Positions 38,067 to 47,973 of a stretch of DNA of 64,000 nt are shown piece by piece (the stretch's first letter is position 1; every line of letters begins with the position of its first letter). Both the position numbers and the translations under genes were made by a program. Source of the DNA: an uncultured Clostridia bacterium (GTDB lineage Bacteria > Bacillota > Clostridia > Christensenellales > CAG-917). Below the pieces are notes generated by a model that saw only the letters and a program-made list of their open reading frames with translations, did not search any database and was not told the DNA's origin. The stretch lies in contig CANQNQ010000003.1 of NCBI GenBank assembly GCA_947625225.1, positions 40,068-104,067 of the forward strand, given 5' to 3'.

Positions 38067-39935
38067 TCAACGCATACGGCGTCTGCGCACCACGATTGCC
38101 ACGACAACGGATATCACCGTAACCAACAAGCTGACCGCCGTGCCCACCGACGACCAAAGGATTATCGTTTTTGACTCGTCCTGCGCCTCTTTGACGGTGA
38201 GGGTAAACTTTTGCGTGGTGTAACTGCCCACCTTTACGCTGATCGTGTACGTCCCCGCCTCGGTTGGCGTGAAGATAAATTCCCTGCCCGCGTGCGTCAG
38301 CGTGCCGTCCACGTACCAACGCATATTTGTCGCAACGGTGTCCGCACACTGCTCGCAGCGGGACAGCGTGAAGCGATAGCTTTCGCCCGCATACAAATTT
38401 CCGCCCACTTTGCCGCCGTTTTGGGAATACACCAACTCCATTGACTCAACAAATTCTTGCGTGGGCGGCTGCGGCGCAACGGTGACGACCACGTCTGAGG
38501 TGATCAACTTGTCATCCTCGCCGTCGATGGTGAACGACCATTCCGCGCTTATGCGCGTTTCGCCCAGCTCCGCCTTTGGCACGTACTCAAAACTGAACCC
38601 CTCGGCGGCCTGTACGTCGTCGACAAACCACTTTACGCTGCCGCGCTCCTTCATCTGTTCGGGTACGATTTTAAGCGTAAAGCGAACGGGCGTCTTGTCG
38701 CCCAGATTGCGGGTGAGATCGGAATCGGAATCGATGTACGCGTACGCGACGTCCTCGCCCGCGGCAAGCATATTGATATCGAACACCGGAAGATCGCTTA
38801 TGCCGGTCTCTATGGAGGAGCTGTAGGAATTTTTGACGATCTCCGTGATTTCACCGACGGACTTCGCGCGGCCGACTTTAGCGCCTATCGCCCTGTACTT
38901 CAACAGCGCCAACGCCGAGCCGAACGCCACAACGGGCGACGCCATGGAAGTGCCGTTGAGGGTCTGATAACCGTCCGCGCCTTTATATGAGCTGACTATC
39001 GCCCCGCCCGGCGCGCAAAGCTGATACGCGCTGCCGTAGTTAGAGCCTTTACCGTTGGCTCTGTTGCGATAAAGTTCGGGCGTGCCCATGTCGGACTTGG
39101 CGTAGTTCATCACGCCTATGCAGTACTGCCCCGCCGCGGGATAGCATTTGCCGCCGAGCGAGCCGGACTCATCGCTGTCCCAACCTTCGTTGCCCGCCGC
39201 TGCGACAAAGATAGCCTTGCTTGCCATATCCTTTGTAACTATGTCAAAGTTTGTATCGTTCTTTTTGGAGGAAATGGACATATTTACCACGTCTGCACCG
39301 TTGTCCAGCGCAAATTGCACCGCCGTCTTGACGTCGCCAAGGTCAAACGTTGAGCTGTCGTCCTTGGGATAACCCGCCTTGATGGGCATTATCTTTATAT
39401 ACTTTTCGAGATCAAGCCTGTGGATGAGCGCGGCAATTATGCCCGCGACGTGGGTGCCGTGCATGTTTTTGGAGTCGTCCACCACCTTATAGTCGGGCGC
39501 GTAATTCTTTTTTGTTACGGTATTTTTGCAAACGACGGAGCCGTTTTTGCGATACAGCACGTCGTAGTCCCCTACAAGATTGTTGCCGACGCTTTTTCCG
39601 TCGTCGTCATACTTGCCCAAAAACAGCGAGTGCTCCGGATTGATGCCGCTGTCTATCACCGCCACCACAATGGGGTCGCGCTCCATCGCCGCCATATCGT
39701 ACTGCTCCATATCAAACCAACTGTCCACCGTCTTTTCAAGACGCGTGAGGTTGAGGAAGTTTTCTTCCGACCACCAATCCAGCCCTTTGGACGTGACTTC
39801 CCTGACGTAACTTTCGGGCAAAACGGCGTTGGCAACGGGGAGCGAACAGGCAAAAGCAGCCCAAAAAACGACAAACAGGACTGCCGCCAATATTGCAAAC
39901 TTAAAAATTGGGAGCGTCCTGTTTTTACTTTCCAT
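38067..39935 (-). CDS. S8 (subtilisin-like) serine peptidase with signal peptide, Ig-like C-terminal repeats and a C-terminal TM anchor
   Basis: Catalytic triad contexts VAVIDSGI, HGTHVAG and GTSMASP. The C-terminal hydrophobic stretch is followed by RRRRMR. Confidence 0.88.
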   Translation of the reverse strand: MESKNRTLPIFKFAILAAVLFVVFWAAFACSLPVANAVLPESYVREVTSKGLDWWSEENFLNLTRLEKTVDSWFDMEQYDMAAMERDPIVVAVIDSGINPEHSLFLGKYDDDGKSVGNNLVGDYDVLYRKNGSVVCKNTVTKKNYAPDYKVVDDSKNMHGTHVAGIIAALIHRLDLEKYIKIMPIKAGYPKDDSSTFDLGDVKTAVQFALDNGADVVNMSISSKKNDTNFDIVTKDMASKAIFVAAAGNEGWDSDESGSLGGKCYPAAGQYCIGVMNYAKSDMGTPELYRNRANGKGSNYGSAYQLCAPGGAIVSSYKGADGYQTLNGTSMASPVVAFGSALALLKYRAIGAKVGRAKSVGEITEIVKNSYSSSIETGISDLPVFDINMLAAGEDVAYAYIDSDSDLTRNLGDKTPVRFTLKIVPEQMKERGSVKWFVDDVQAAEGFSFEYVPKAELGETRISAEWSFTIDGEDDKLITSDVVVTVAPQPPTQEFVESMELVYSQNGGKVGGNLYAGESYRFTLSRCEQCADTVATNMRWYVDGTLTHAGREFIFTPTEAGTYTISVKVGSYTTQKFTLTVKEAQDESKTIILWSSVGTAVSLLVTVISVVVAIVVRRRRMR

Positions 39936-40042
39936 ATGTCACCTTATTATAAGATAGTATCCTTGCTATACTCATTCGGCTATCTAAATAATAATACTTA
40001 TCATTTGATTTGTACAGCTTTTTTAACAAATTGTGCGTAGGC

Positions 40043-40936
40043 TTATATCCAGGACAGCGTGCCGTCCTTGGAAAGAGTCGCCCACTTGCCGGCTTTTTTG
40101 ACCTTTGCCTCGCCGTCCTCAAACGCGGTGGCAGCGTCGTATTCGTAGGGGAAAACCAGCTCGTTCTGTTTGTTGATATATCCGCATTTGTCCCCCTTGA
40201 CCACCATGGCAAGCCCTTCTGAAAAGCTCATCGCGGTGTCGTACTCAAAAGGTATCACAATGTTGTTGGAGCTGTCGATGTAACCGCACTTTCCGTCCTT
40301 TTCCACGGAGGCAAGTCCTTCCTTGAAACAGAACACTTCATCGTACATCGGTACGATTACCGTGCGGATCCCGTCGTTAAACCCCCATTTTCCGCCTTTA
40401 AGCACCTTGTGCCACTCCTCTTCGGGCAAAGGCTTGTCAAGCTTTGGACGCTCGGGAGGCATGGGGACAGCGGCGCCCTTTTGCTGTTGAGCGTTCTGCT
40501 TCTTGCCGAGCTTTTGTCTTTCGGGCGCACTCATTTCACCTTTAGCGGGCTTTGCCCTGTCAGCAAGTCCGAACTTGCCGCCTCTTGCGGATTTTTCCTC
40601 GGTCTTTTGAGGATCCTCCGCCTTGCGCTGAGCGACGTCCTCCACAAGCGACATGTTGTGCGCCTTGAGCGCCGCTTTCACCTCGCCAAGCACGCGCTTG
40701 TTGAGACCCTGCACCCTGTACATATCCTTTTCGGTGCGTACCACGAGATCGGCAGCCGTCGATATCTTGTTGTCGACAAGCAGCTTGCATATATCCTCGC
40801 CAAGCCCCAACTGCCCGACCGTAAGCTCAAGCTGTGCGCCGTCATAGCGCGCGAGGACTTCCGCACGGATAGCGGCGCGGGCGTCTTCCTTGGGGGACTT
40901 TGACTTGTTGCGATAGTAAAACCTTTTGTTTGCCAT
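40043..40936 (-). CDS. WG-repeat (KWG-type) protein with an N-terminal RpoA-CTD-like helix-hairpin-helix domain
   Basis: Three or four repeats of the type G.a.V..dGK.GYI...n..viPf.YD.a..F.eG. The N-terminus LTVGQLGLGEDICKLLVDNKISTAADLVVRTEKDMYRVQGLNKRVLGEV resembles the RNA polymerase alpha CTD. Confidence 0.7.
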   Translation of the reverse strand: MANKRFYYRNKSKSPKEDARAAIRAEVLARYDGAQLELTVGQLGLGEDICKLLVDNKISTAADLVVRTEKDMYRVQGLNKRVLGEVKAALKAHNMSLVEDVAQRKAEDPQKTEEKSARGGKFGLADRAKPAKGEMSAPERQKLGKKQNAQQQKGAAVPMPPERPKLDKPLPEEEWHKVLKGGKWGFNDGIRTVIVPMYDEVFCFKEGLASVEKDGKCGYIDSSNNIVIPFEYDTAMSFSEGLAMVVKGDKCGYINKQNELVFPYEYDAATAFEDGEAKVKKAGKWATLSKDGTLSWI

Positions 40937-41073
40937 GATTGCATCATAGCACATTTGTCGGGATTTTTCAAGCGATATGCCAATATTTGGCCGTTAAGAC
41001 AAAATAAATGATATTTATACAATAAAATCATATAATGTTGACAATTATTTTGTTGAAGTTTATACTTAAAAAT

Positions 41074-43518
41074 ATGAAAAAGGCACACAAAGGACTGTTT
41101 TCAATTCTTTTGATATTTGTCGCCGTCGTCGCGCTTGCGGCGGGCGCGTCCTACGTATATTCGGTCGCTTATGCGGAGGCTCATGCCGAGGCGGACACCT
41201 TCGAGGTGATATTCCCGCACGACAGCTACTTCCAATCGGAACATCCCTCTCTTGTCGCGGCAAACGACGAATATCTGGCGATGTACGACGACGCGCTGAG
41301 CAAGTTGTTTGTCTCAAGCGGCGACACGTCGTACAACTACTCGCTATCGCTTGAAAATGTCAGCGGACTGTACGCAGTGGGCGCGTCGGCATTCATAATT
41401 GCCGACGGCAAATACTACACCCTGGACCTGTCCTCAAGAGAGGCGACTCCCGTACTGAGAGACGTAACGTCTCCCGCCAGAGTAAACTACTTCAACTCAA
41501 ACGGCAGCATTTTGATAGCAAAGGCGCCAACGGGCGACATAACCGTGTATGACGGCGCGCTGCAAGAACAAAAGGAAATTTACAACGAATACATAACCAA
41601 CGACGTCTACGCCACGGGCGACGGCGTCAACTTCTACGCCTACACCTTCCCGGGCGGCAAACCCCACTACGACGTGATAGACAGCGAGGGCAACTCCACC
41701 CTGCACACCGAGATAAGTTATAACGTGCGCGACTATATGTACGTGGGCGACGTGCTGTACGTCAACGTCTATTCGGAGATAACCGACGAGCACGGCACCG
41801 TCACCGAGCGCACCAATATCGCGCTGGCAAACAAGTCCACAGGCGAGCTGATAAGCGTGACCGACCTCTGCCCCGACTACTTCTACGCATACGGCAGGAC
41901 GCTGTACGCCATAGAGGACAAGGGCGGCAAGTCTATCGTCAAGGTGTACTCCCTCAACAAGACCAACGACGGTCTGGAGCAGACCGCTACCATCAGCATG
42001 GCGGGCGACGACGCGCAGCACCTCAACGGGCCGACGGACGTGGTGAAATTTGGCGAAAACACAGTGATCGCCGACAGGCTTAACAGTAGGCTGGCGTTTA
42101 TAGGCAACGACGGAGTTATGCAGCGCATCAGCGTCCCCTCCGCTCCCGTAAGACTCGCGGCGGACGACAAGGGAGTCTACATACTTTCGGAGGACGGCGG
42201 AATACGCTATGTAACAAACGGCGAATGCCGCACCGAAGTCGTCAAAGCCGAAGGTTCCATAAGCGACATAGTTTGCCTGAGCGGCATGCTATACGCGCTG
42301 ACGGACGGTGGACTGTACGCAAAGATCGGCGCCTCACTTGTGGAAGTGGCAGGCGGCATACGCGGCAGACGCATCGCCACCGCAAAGGACGGCAACAACC
42401 TCTACATCCTCGCGGACGACGGATTGACCATCGCGGACTCCAAGGGCAACACAGTCAGCCGCATCGCTGGCGAATTTGCGGACGTAAAGGACATAATGAT
42501 AGACTACGCGGGCGACGTATTCGCGCTGTACGCGGACAGGATAGAAAAATACAAAAACAACCTGAGTTCGCTGGAGCTAATAAGCTCGACAGAACTTAAA
42601 AACGCCACCGTGGACGCCACTGCGAATTCAGCATATCTGGACGACGAAGAGGTCACCTTCACTGCGGAAGAATGCTTCGCGGGCAGGCTGAGCGTGGACG
42701 CGGCAGACGAAAAAGATTTTTCAAACGAACGACCGACGCTAAGCGCGGGCGAATACAGCTTTGCAAGGCTTTCTTCAAGCGGTCACTACCTGCCCTACAA
42801 CTGCCGTCCCGAAGAAGCACACGCGCCCATCAACGACGTGTTGCTGGTGCTTGAAAACGCCGCGCCGATGGACGGATACAAATACGCATTGCTTGGCAGC
42901 GAATTGATAGTTGTGCCCGAAAACGCACTTAACGGCGTCCAACCTACCACTTTAACGGGCAGATATGACGTTATAGAGGCATGCACGCTTTACACACTGC
43001 CCTACTTTGAGGACGGCAGGATAGCGCTTGGCGCGGGCGCCACTCTCACCGTTTTGTCCGACTGCGCGGGCTATGACGGAAACGTTTGGGACATTGTGCA
43101 ATATGATGGGAAAAAGTACTTTGTAAGCGCGGCGAACCTCAAAGAACACGTGCAGATAAATCCTCCATCCGAGGACAAGTCGCAGGTGTTCGGCAGGGCC
43201 AACGCAGGCAGAGTCGGCGGACTTGTAGGCATATATTCCGACGACGCTCTGTCAAACATGACTGTCGAGATAGTGGACGGCACAAAGGTGGAAGTCATCT
43301 CGCAATACGAGGATTGTTATCTTGTCAAATACGGCGACGTCATAGGCTATATGCGTAGCGACGAACTCAAGATAAACGGGCTTACCACCGTGCAGATAGT
43401 ATCTATCGTACTCTCTATAGTGGTGTTGCTTGCGGGGAGCGGCATATTCATCGCGATATACCTCACAAAACAGGAGCTTGCAAAACGCGATAACATAGAC
43501 TACAATCCCGAAGATTGA
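41074..43518 (+). CDS. large envelope protein: N-terminal signal/anchor, beta-propeller-like repeats, two SH3b-like domains, C-terminal TM helix
   Basis: 814 aa. Begins MKKAHKGLFSILLIFVAVVALAAG. Repeated motifs of the type LY(A/I)L.DGG. The C-terminus is TTVQIVSIVLSIVVLLAGSGIFIAIYL. Confidence 0.65.
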   Translation: MKKAHKGLFSILLIFVAVVALAAGASYVYSVAYAEAHAEADTFEVIFPHDSYFQSEHPSLVAANDEYLAMYDDALSKLFVSSGDTSYNYSLSLENVSGLYAVGASAFIIADGKYYTLDLSSREATPVLRDVTSPARVNYFNSNGSILIAKAPTGDITVYDGALQEQKEIYNEYITNDVYATGDGVNFYAYTFPGGKPHYDVIDSEGNSTLHTEISYNVRDYMYVGDVLYVNVYSEITDEHGTVTERTNIALANKSTGELISVTDLCPDYFYAYGRTLYAIEDKGGKSIVKVYSLNKTNDGLEQTATISMAGDDAQHLNGPTDVVKFGENTVIADRLNSRLAFIGNDGVMQRISVPSAPVRLAADDKGVYILSEDGGIRYVTNGECRTEVVKAEGSISDIVCLSGMLYALTDGGLYAKIGASLVEVAGGIRGRRIATAKDGNNLYILADDGLTIADSKGNTVSRIAGEFADVKDIMIDYAGDVFALYADRIEKYKNNLSSLELISSTELKNATVDATANSAYLDDEEVTFTAEECFAGRLSVDAADEKDFSNERPTLSAGEYSFARLSSSGHYLPYNCRPEEAHAPINDVLLVLENAAPMDGYKYALLGSELIVVPENALNGVQPTTLTGRYDVIEACTLYTLPYFEDGRIALGAGATLTVLSDCAGYDGNVWDIVQYDGKKYFVSAANLKEHVQINPPSEDKSQVFGRANAGRVGGLVGIYSDDALSNMTVEIVDGTKVEVISQYEDCYLVKYGDVIGYMRSDELKINGLTTVQIVSIVLSIVVLLAGSGIFIAIYLTKQELAKRDNIDYNPED

Positions 43519-43723
43519 CAAATTGCATAATCAAAATTATCCTTCGCCGAGGCGGAGGATTTTTATATTCCGCCCTCTTGCGCCATTTTGGGCGCGAGAA
43601 ATAAAATAACCGCAATATATGGTAATTTCTTGTTGTAAATATTTTGAAAATATGCTAATATACTTGTTGGTAAAACCAAATTTTCAAGGAGGGCTTTTCC
43701 GCCTCGTTGCGGAAACAAAAACT

Positions 43724-44425
43724 ATGCAATATTCACGCGAAGTTGAACAAATGTGCTGCATTGCAAAGGGACCAAACCACGGTCCGGCTCCCATCCCCGA
43801 GGAAGGGAAATGGGTACAAGCCAAGGAAATCAAGGACATCAGCGGTTTTTCACACGGTATTGGCTGGTGCGCTCCTCAACAGGGCGCGTGCAAACTCAGC
43901 CTCAACGTCAAAAACGGCGTGATCCAGGAAGCGCTGGTAGAGACCATCGGCTGCTCGGGCATGACGCACTCCGCCGCTATGGCTGCAGAGATCCTCGCCG
44001 GCAAGACCATACTTGAGGCGCTCAACACCGACCTCGTCTGCGACGCCATCAACACCGCTATGCGCGAGCTGTTTTTGCAGATCGTGTACGGCAGGACGCA
44101 ATCCGCTTTTTCCGAGGACGGACTTGTCATCGGCGCGGGCCTGGAAGACTTGGGCAAAGGCCATCGCAGCCAAGTGGGCACAATGTACTCTACCGTCGCA
44201 AAAGGTCCCCGCTATCTGGAGATGGCAGAGGGTTATGTTACAAAGCTCGCCCTGGACGCCAACAATGAGATAATCGGCTATCAATTCTGCCGTCTGGGAC
44301 AGTTTATGGACGCCGTCAAGAAGGGCGTGGACGCCAATCAGGCGCTTAAGGACAACACCAAGACCTACGGCAGGTTCAACAAAGAGGACGGAGCCGTCAA
44401 ATGGATAGATCCCCGTCAGGAGTAA
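43724..44425 (+). CDS. NifU/IscU-like domain protein, conserved partner of GGGtGRT proteins
   Basis: Motif GCSGMTHSAAMAAEILAGKTILEAL. The next gene starts 13 nt downstream. Confidence 0.78.
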   Translation: MQYSREVEQMCCIAKGPNHGPAPIPEEGKWVQAKEIKDISGFSHGIGWCAPQQGACKLSLNVKNGVIQEALVETIGCSGMTHSAAMAAEILAGKTILEALNTDLVCDAINTAMRELFLQIVYGRTQSAFSEDGLVIGAGLEDLGKGHRSQVGTMYSTVAKGPRYLEMAEGYVTKLALDANNEIIGYQFCRLGQFMDAVKKGVDANQALKDNTKTYGRFNKEDGAVKWIDPRQE

Positions 44426-44437
44426 AGGAGGCAGAAT

Positions 44438-45442
44438 ATGAGCGTAACATTTGAAGGCTATGAAAGACGTATAGACAAGATCAACGCCACGCTTAAAAAC
44501 TACGGCATAAAGGATCTTGAGCAAGCAAGGCAGATCTGCCTCGACCACGGCGTAGATTGCGAAGCCATCGTAAAGGGCGTGCAACCCATCGCGTTTGAAA
44601 ATGCGGTGTGGGCATACACGGTGGGCTGTGCCATCGCCATCAAGAAAAACTGCAAGGAGGCCGCCGACGCCGCAGAAGCCATAGGCGAAGGTCTGCAATC
44701 CTTCTGCATCCCGGGCTCCGTTGCCGAACAGCGCAAAGTGGGTCTGGGTCACGGCAACCTTGCCGCAATGCTGCTTAGGGAAAGCACGAAGTGCTTTGCA
44801 TTCCTTGCCGGTCACGAATCGTTCGCGGCGGCTGAGGGCGCAATAGGCATCGCAAAAACCGCAAACAAAGTGAGAAAGACTCCCCTCAAGGTCATCCTCA
44901 ACGGCCTTGGCAAGGACGCGGCGTTCATCATATCGCGCATAAACGGTTTCACCTATGTGCAGACCAAGATGGACTACTTCACCGGCGAAGTCAAAGTGAT
45001 CAAAGAGACCGCCTACAGCAACGGCGAACGCGCGGCTGTCAGAGTGTACGGCGCCGACGACGTCACCGAGGGCGTCGCTATAATGCGCCTCGAGGACGTG
45101 GACGTGTCCATCACGGGCAACTCCACCAACCCCACACGCTTCCAGCATCCCGTCGCGGGCACCTACAAAAAATGGTGCTGGGACAACGGCAAAAAGTACT
45201 TCTCCGTCGCGTCCGGCGGTGGCACGGGCAGAACGCTGCATCCCGACAATATGGCTGCAGGTCCCGCAAGCTACGGCATGACGGATACGATGGGCAGGAT
45301 GCACTCCGACGCGCAATTTGCGGGCAGCAGCTCCGTCCCCGCCCATGTTGAGATGATGGGCCTCATCGGCATGGGCAACAACCCGATGGTTGGTGCATCA
45401 GTCGCTTGCGCGGTCGCCGTGCAGGAAGCACTGGCGAAGTAA
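44438..45442 (+). CDS. GGGtGRT family protein (function unknown)
   Basis: Contains the eponymous motif SGGGTGRTLHPD. 334 aa. Confidence 0.85.
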   Translation: MSVTFEGYERRIDKINATLKNYGIKDLEQARQICLDHGVDCEAIVKGVQPIAFENAVWAYTVGCAIAIKKNCKEAADAAEAIGEGLQSFCIPGSVAEQRKVGLGHGNLAAMLLRESTKCFAFLAGHESFAAAEGAIGIAKTANKVRKTPLKVILNGLGKDAAFIISRINGFTYVQTKMDYFTGEVKVIKETAYSNGERAAVRVYGADDVTEGVAIMRLEDVDVSITGNSTNPTRFQHPVAGTYKKWCWDNGKKYFSVASGGGTGRTLHPDNMAAGPASYGMTDTMGRMHSDAQFAGSSSVPAHVEMMGLIGMGNNPMVGASVACAVAVQEALAK

Positions 45443-45631
45443 AAAAACCTACTGTTTAGTAGCGCTATAGCAATATTGGAACAGCTCCCGATTTTTGGGG
45501 GCTGTTTACTTGTTAACCAAAAATGTATAGAAAATGTATAAATTGTTTACCGTTTGTTTACCAAAATTATAGACGTTACAACCCGATGAGTGTCATCATC
45601 TATTTTTTATTCCGATGACTGTCATCGGCAT
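45369..45631 (+). repeat. direct repeat, left copy (attL-like): last 74 nt of the GGGtGRT gene plus 189 nt downstream
   Basis: Aligns with 48438..48699. The coding part has 7 mismatches and the non-coding part is nearly identical. Confidence 0.9.
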
Positions 45632-45743
45632 GATGGTATAATTATGCAAAATAGATGCAAACAAAAAAAATTCAAGAAACACGATTTTTTGATTCTTTAC
45701 AACAAATAGTGAGTATGCTAAAATGTTTTTCGGAGGGCAACTT

Positions 45744-46439
45744 ATGGCAACGCTTACACACGAACAAATGAACAAGATAAGAAACTTTTTGTTTGCTGAC
45801 CCGATTTCTATAGAAGCATTCAAGAGGCTATATTATTTTCTGAACAAATCCGTCGATGGCGTCAGGCTCGACTATCGCACGAACAAAAACGATATGATTT
45901 TGGGCGTAAAACGAGATGGCGAGCGCTTAAGATTTTATCTTATCAGACAATATAATGACAGAATAATTTCAATAAGATTTGTCGACCCCGAAATATCCCC
46001 CGAAGTTTTCAATCCTCTTAAGTTGGACGAATATAAAGCCAATCTTATCTCAATTTCTGACAAAATTAAAGCTGGCACATTGGACTTGAAAATCAAAACG
46101 TCACACGCGCACGGCGGCAAATATGAAACGCCAAAATCCGATGAAAGCAAGGCGCTTGCGCAAAAGAGCACGTCTACTCCGCACGTCAAATACAACTTAA
46201 GACCGAGGAGTAAAACCATCAGTGGACACTATCATCCAGACAAAGAAAACGTACCAAAAAACTTTGAGTTTATCAAAAAAGAGGTAGGCACTCTATCCGA
46301 CAATGCAAACGATGTGCAAGTTACAATAAAAATCAAAATCAGCGATATAGAGCAACTCAATACAGACGCGATAAGCAAACTATTGATAAAAGGTGCTGAA
46401 CTTAACAGCATAGACTTCTGTCAAAAGAAAAAGAATTGA
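45744..46439 (+). CDS. hypothetical protein (231 aa, no recognisable domain)
   Basis: ATG preceded by GGAGGG, with its own promoter-like TTTACA, 17-nt spacer, TAAAAT, and a terminator at about 46463..46490. AT-rich codon usage unlike the core genes. Confidence 0.65.
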   Translation: MATLTHEQMNKIRNFLFADPISIEAFKRLYYFLNKSVDGVRLDYRTNKNDMILGVKRDGERLRFYLIRQYNDRIISIRFVDPEISPEVFNPLKLDEYKANLISISDKIKAGTLDLKIKTSHAHGGKYETPKSDESKALAQKSTSTPHVKYNLRPRSKTISGHYHPDKENVPKNFEFIKKEVGTLSDNANDVQVTIKIKISDIEQLNTDAISKLLIKGAELNSIDFCQKKKN

Positions 46440-46716
46440 ATTGTTTATTCCGATCGCACAAAGTAAAAGCGCCCTAGTGGGCGCTTTTGAATACGTTCAA
46501 CTGCCAAGCGTAAAAACATTATAGACAATAAAAAGTATGAGGCCGGACTACATCTGTCCGGCCATTCAACAAATTACACAACACCACTTTAGTGCAATCT
46601 ACTCAAAAATTTTCACCAAAGAGACAGCGAGCCCAGGCTGCAATATCAACAAAGGCCGCGCTTTAGGCCCTTTGTCAACAAATTTGTGTCAAACCAAGCG
46701 GTATACACTACCCATT

Positions 46717-47112
46717 TCAAACGATTTCACTGCTTATGCCCCAGTTTTTGAGGTCATAAATCGTGGACTCGATCATGTCCCCAATCCACGCCTCAATATC
46801 CCCGAAACTGTTGGCTATGTAATCCTTAGTATCCTGGGACAGCTGAGATAATGCCATCTCCTTTGCTTGAGATAAGGCCTGCATCTGCGCATCCTTGTCA
46901 AACAGGTTTTGGTCCTTTAAGCTTTGAACATAGGTCTGATATGTCACCTTGACCGCCCGGCTGATAATCTCAACGGCGTCCGTCAGGTACTTCGCATTCT
47001 TTGTGTTGGATATCTTGCTGTTGATCCAGACCACAAGTCTTTGGGTAAGCCAAGACACAAGCGCCGTCAGAACAACGCTAACAACCGACAATATAATTTC
47101 CTGCCAATCCAT
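46717..47112 (-). CDS. phage holin, LL-H family
   Basis: 131 aa. An N-terminal TM segment (IILSVVSVVLTALVSWL) is followed by a long amphipathic helical region with the ...AKYLTDAVEIISRAVKVTYQTYVQSLK... pattern typical of this family. No endolysin gene follows. Confidence 0.75.
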   Translation of the reverse strand: MDWQEIILSVVSVVLTALVSWLTQRLVVWINSKISNTKNAKYLTDAVEIISRAVKVTYQTYVQSLKDQNLFDKDAQMQALSQAKEMALSQLSQDTKDYIANSFGDIEAWIGDMIESTIYDLKNWGISSEIV

Positions 47113-47288
47113 AAAATTCTCCTTTTACAAAGCGAGCGCCATAATAGACGCTCGCTGTTCCTTTATATTCCTTAAATAAACACAGCAAATTATTTTTCAA
47201 TAAAATACACATTTGATGGAACCAAAAAAATAAGGCGACCACGGAACTTAATCCATTGGTCGCCTAATTTTTATTATCATCTTACCAT

Positions 47289-47810
47289 CTATATCTCCCA
47301 TCCGCGCTCGCTGCAATAAAAACGCAAATTTTGCTCATCAAGAGTAAAATTGCAGCACCGCGCAATAAGTTGAGGGTATCCTCTTCCCGTCGTAATTCTA
47401 GTATAAAGTTTCTGTGCCTTATCCAGAATTTCCGTTCGATGAGCATTGCACCATGTCAACTGATTGGCAAGCAGGGCTTTGTACGCTACATCCGCTGCAC
47501 TGTCGCCGGACTGGACAACGGGGTTAACGGCTGTAATGGAGTTCTTATGTACTGGTATCATGTTGTTCAGGTTGATGACCCCATAATTCCCATTGTCGAT
47601 CTTGATGAAGTCAACTTGGTTCTTCATAGATTGATGCTTGGGCTTCGGAGAACTTAACGGCGCATAATACTCCGCTCCATTGACTTCAAGCAAAATCCCG
47701 ACAAACGGGCGGTTCGCCTTCTTGTCCATGTTATACGGAACACACGGATCCCACTTGCGCAAAAAATCACAGTAGGCGGTATCAATTACATAAAACGAAA
47801 GCCTTGCCAT
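47289..47810 (-). CDS. toxN: type III toxin-antitoxin system toxin, ToxN/AbiQ family endoribonuclease
   Basis: 173 aa. Motifs FYVIDTAYCDFLRKWDPCVP, RPFVGILLEVNGAEYYAPLSSPKPKH, INLNNMIPV and CNFTLDE align by eye with ToxN and AbiQ. Confidence 0.85.
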   Translation of the reverse strand: MARLSFYVIDTAYCDFLRKWDPCVPYNMDKKANRPFVGILLEVNGAEYYAPLSSPKPKHQSMKNQVDFIKIDNGNYGVINLNNMIPVHKNSITAVNPVVQSGDSAADVAYKALLANQLTWCNAHRTEILDKAQKLYTRITTGRGYPQLIARCCNFTLDEQNLRFYCSERGWEI

Positions 47811-47820
47811 ATTCTACCCC

Positions 47821-47860
47821 AAAAAAGGTGAGGTCGAGTTGCCCCGACCTCACCTTTTTT
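47821..47860 (-). terminator. intrinsic terminator between the antitoxin repeats and toxN
   Basis: 10-bp stem GGTGAGGTCG/CGACCTCACC flanked by A6 and T6. Confidence 0.8.
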
Positions 47861-47964
47861 CACTCCCACTCATGGTAGGGTACACCGCTTTTTTCATTCC
47901 CACTCTACGGTAGGGTACACCGCTTTTTTCATTCCCACTCTACGGTAGGGTACACCGCTTTTTT
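47861..47964 (-). ncRNA. toxI: ToxI/antiQ-like antitoxin RNA: three tandem 35-nt repeats
   Basis: 47930..47964 and 47895..47929 are identical 35-mers. 47861..47894 is a 34-nt variant. Position and architecture match type III TA loci. Confidence 0.8.
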
Positions 47965-47973
47965 GACGCTTAT

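Noticed and set aside
43850-45346. 498-aa ORF on the minus strand
   Set aside because: It is antisense to the NifU-like and GGGtGRT genes and is a shadow ORF.
47861-47964. Possible mini CRISPR array
   Set aside because: The 35-nt units are directly abutting with no spacers, and they sit between a promoter and a ToxN-family gene. This is an antitoxin RNA array, not CRISPR. No CRISPR array was seen elsewhere in the window.
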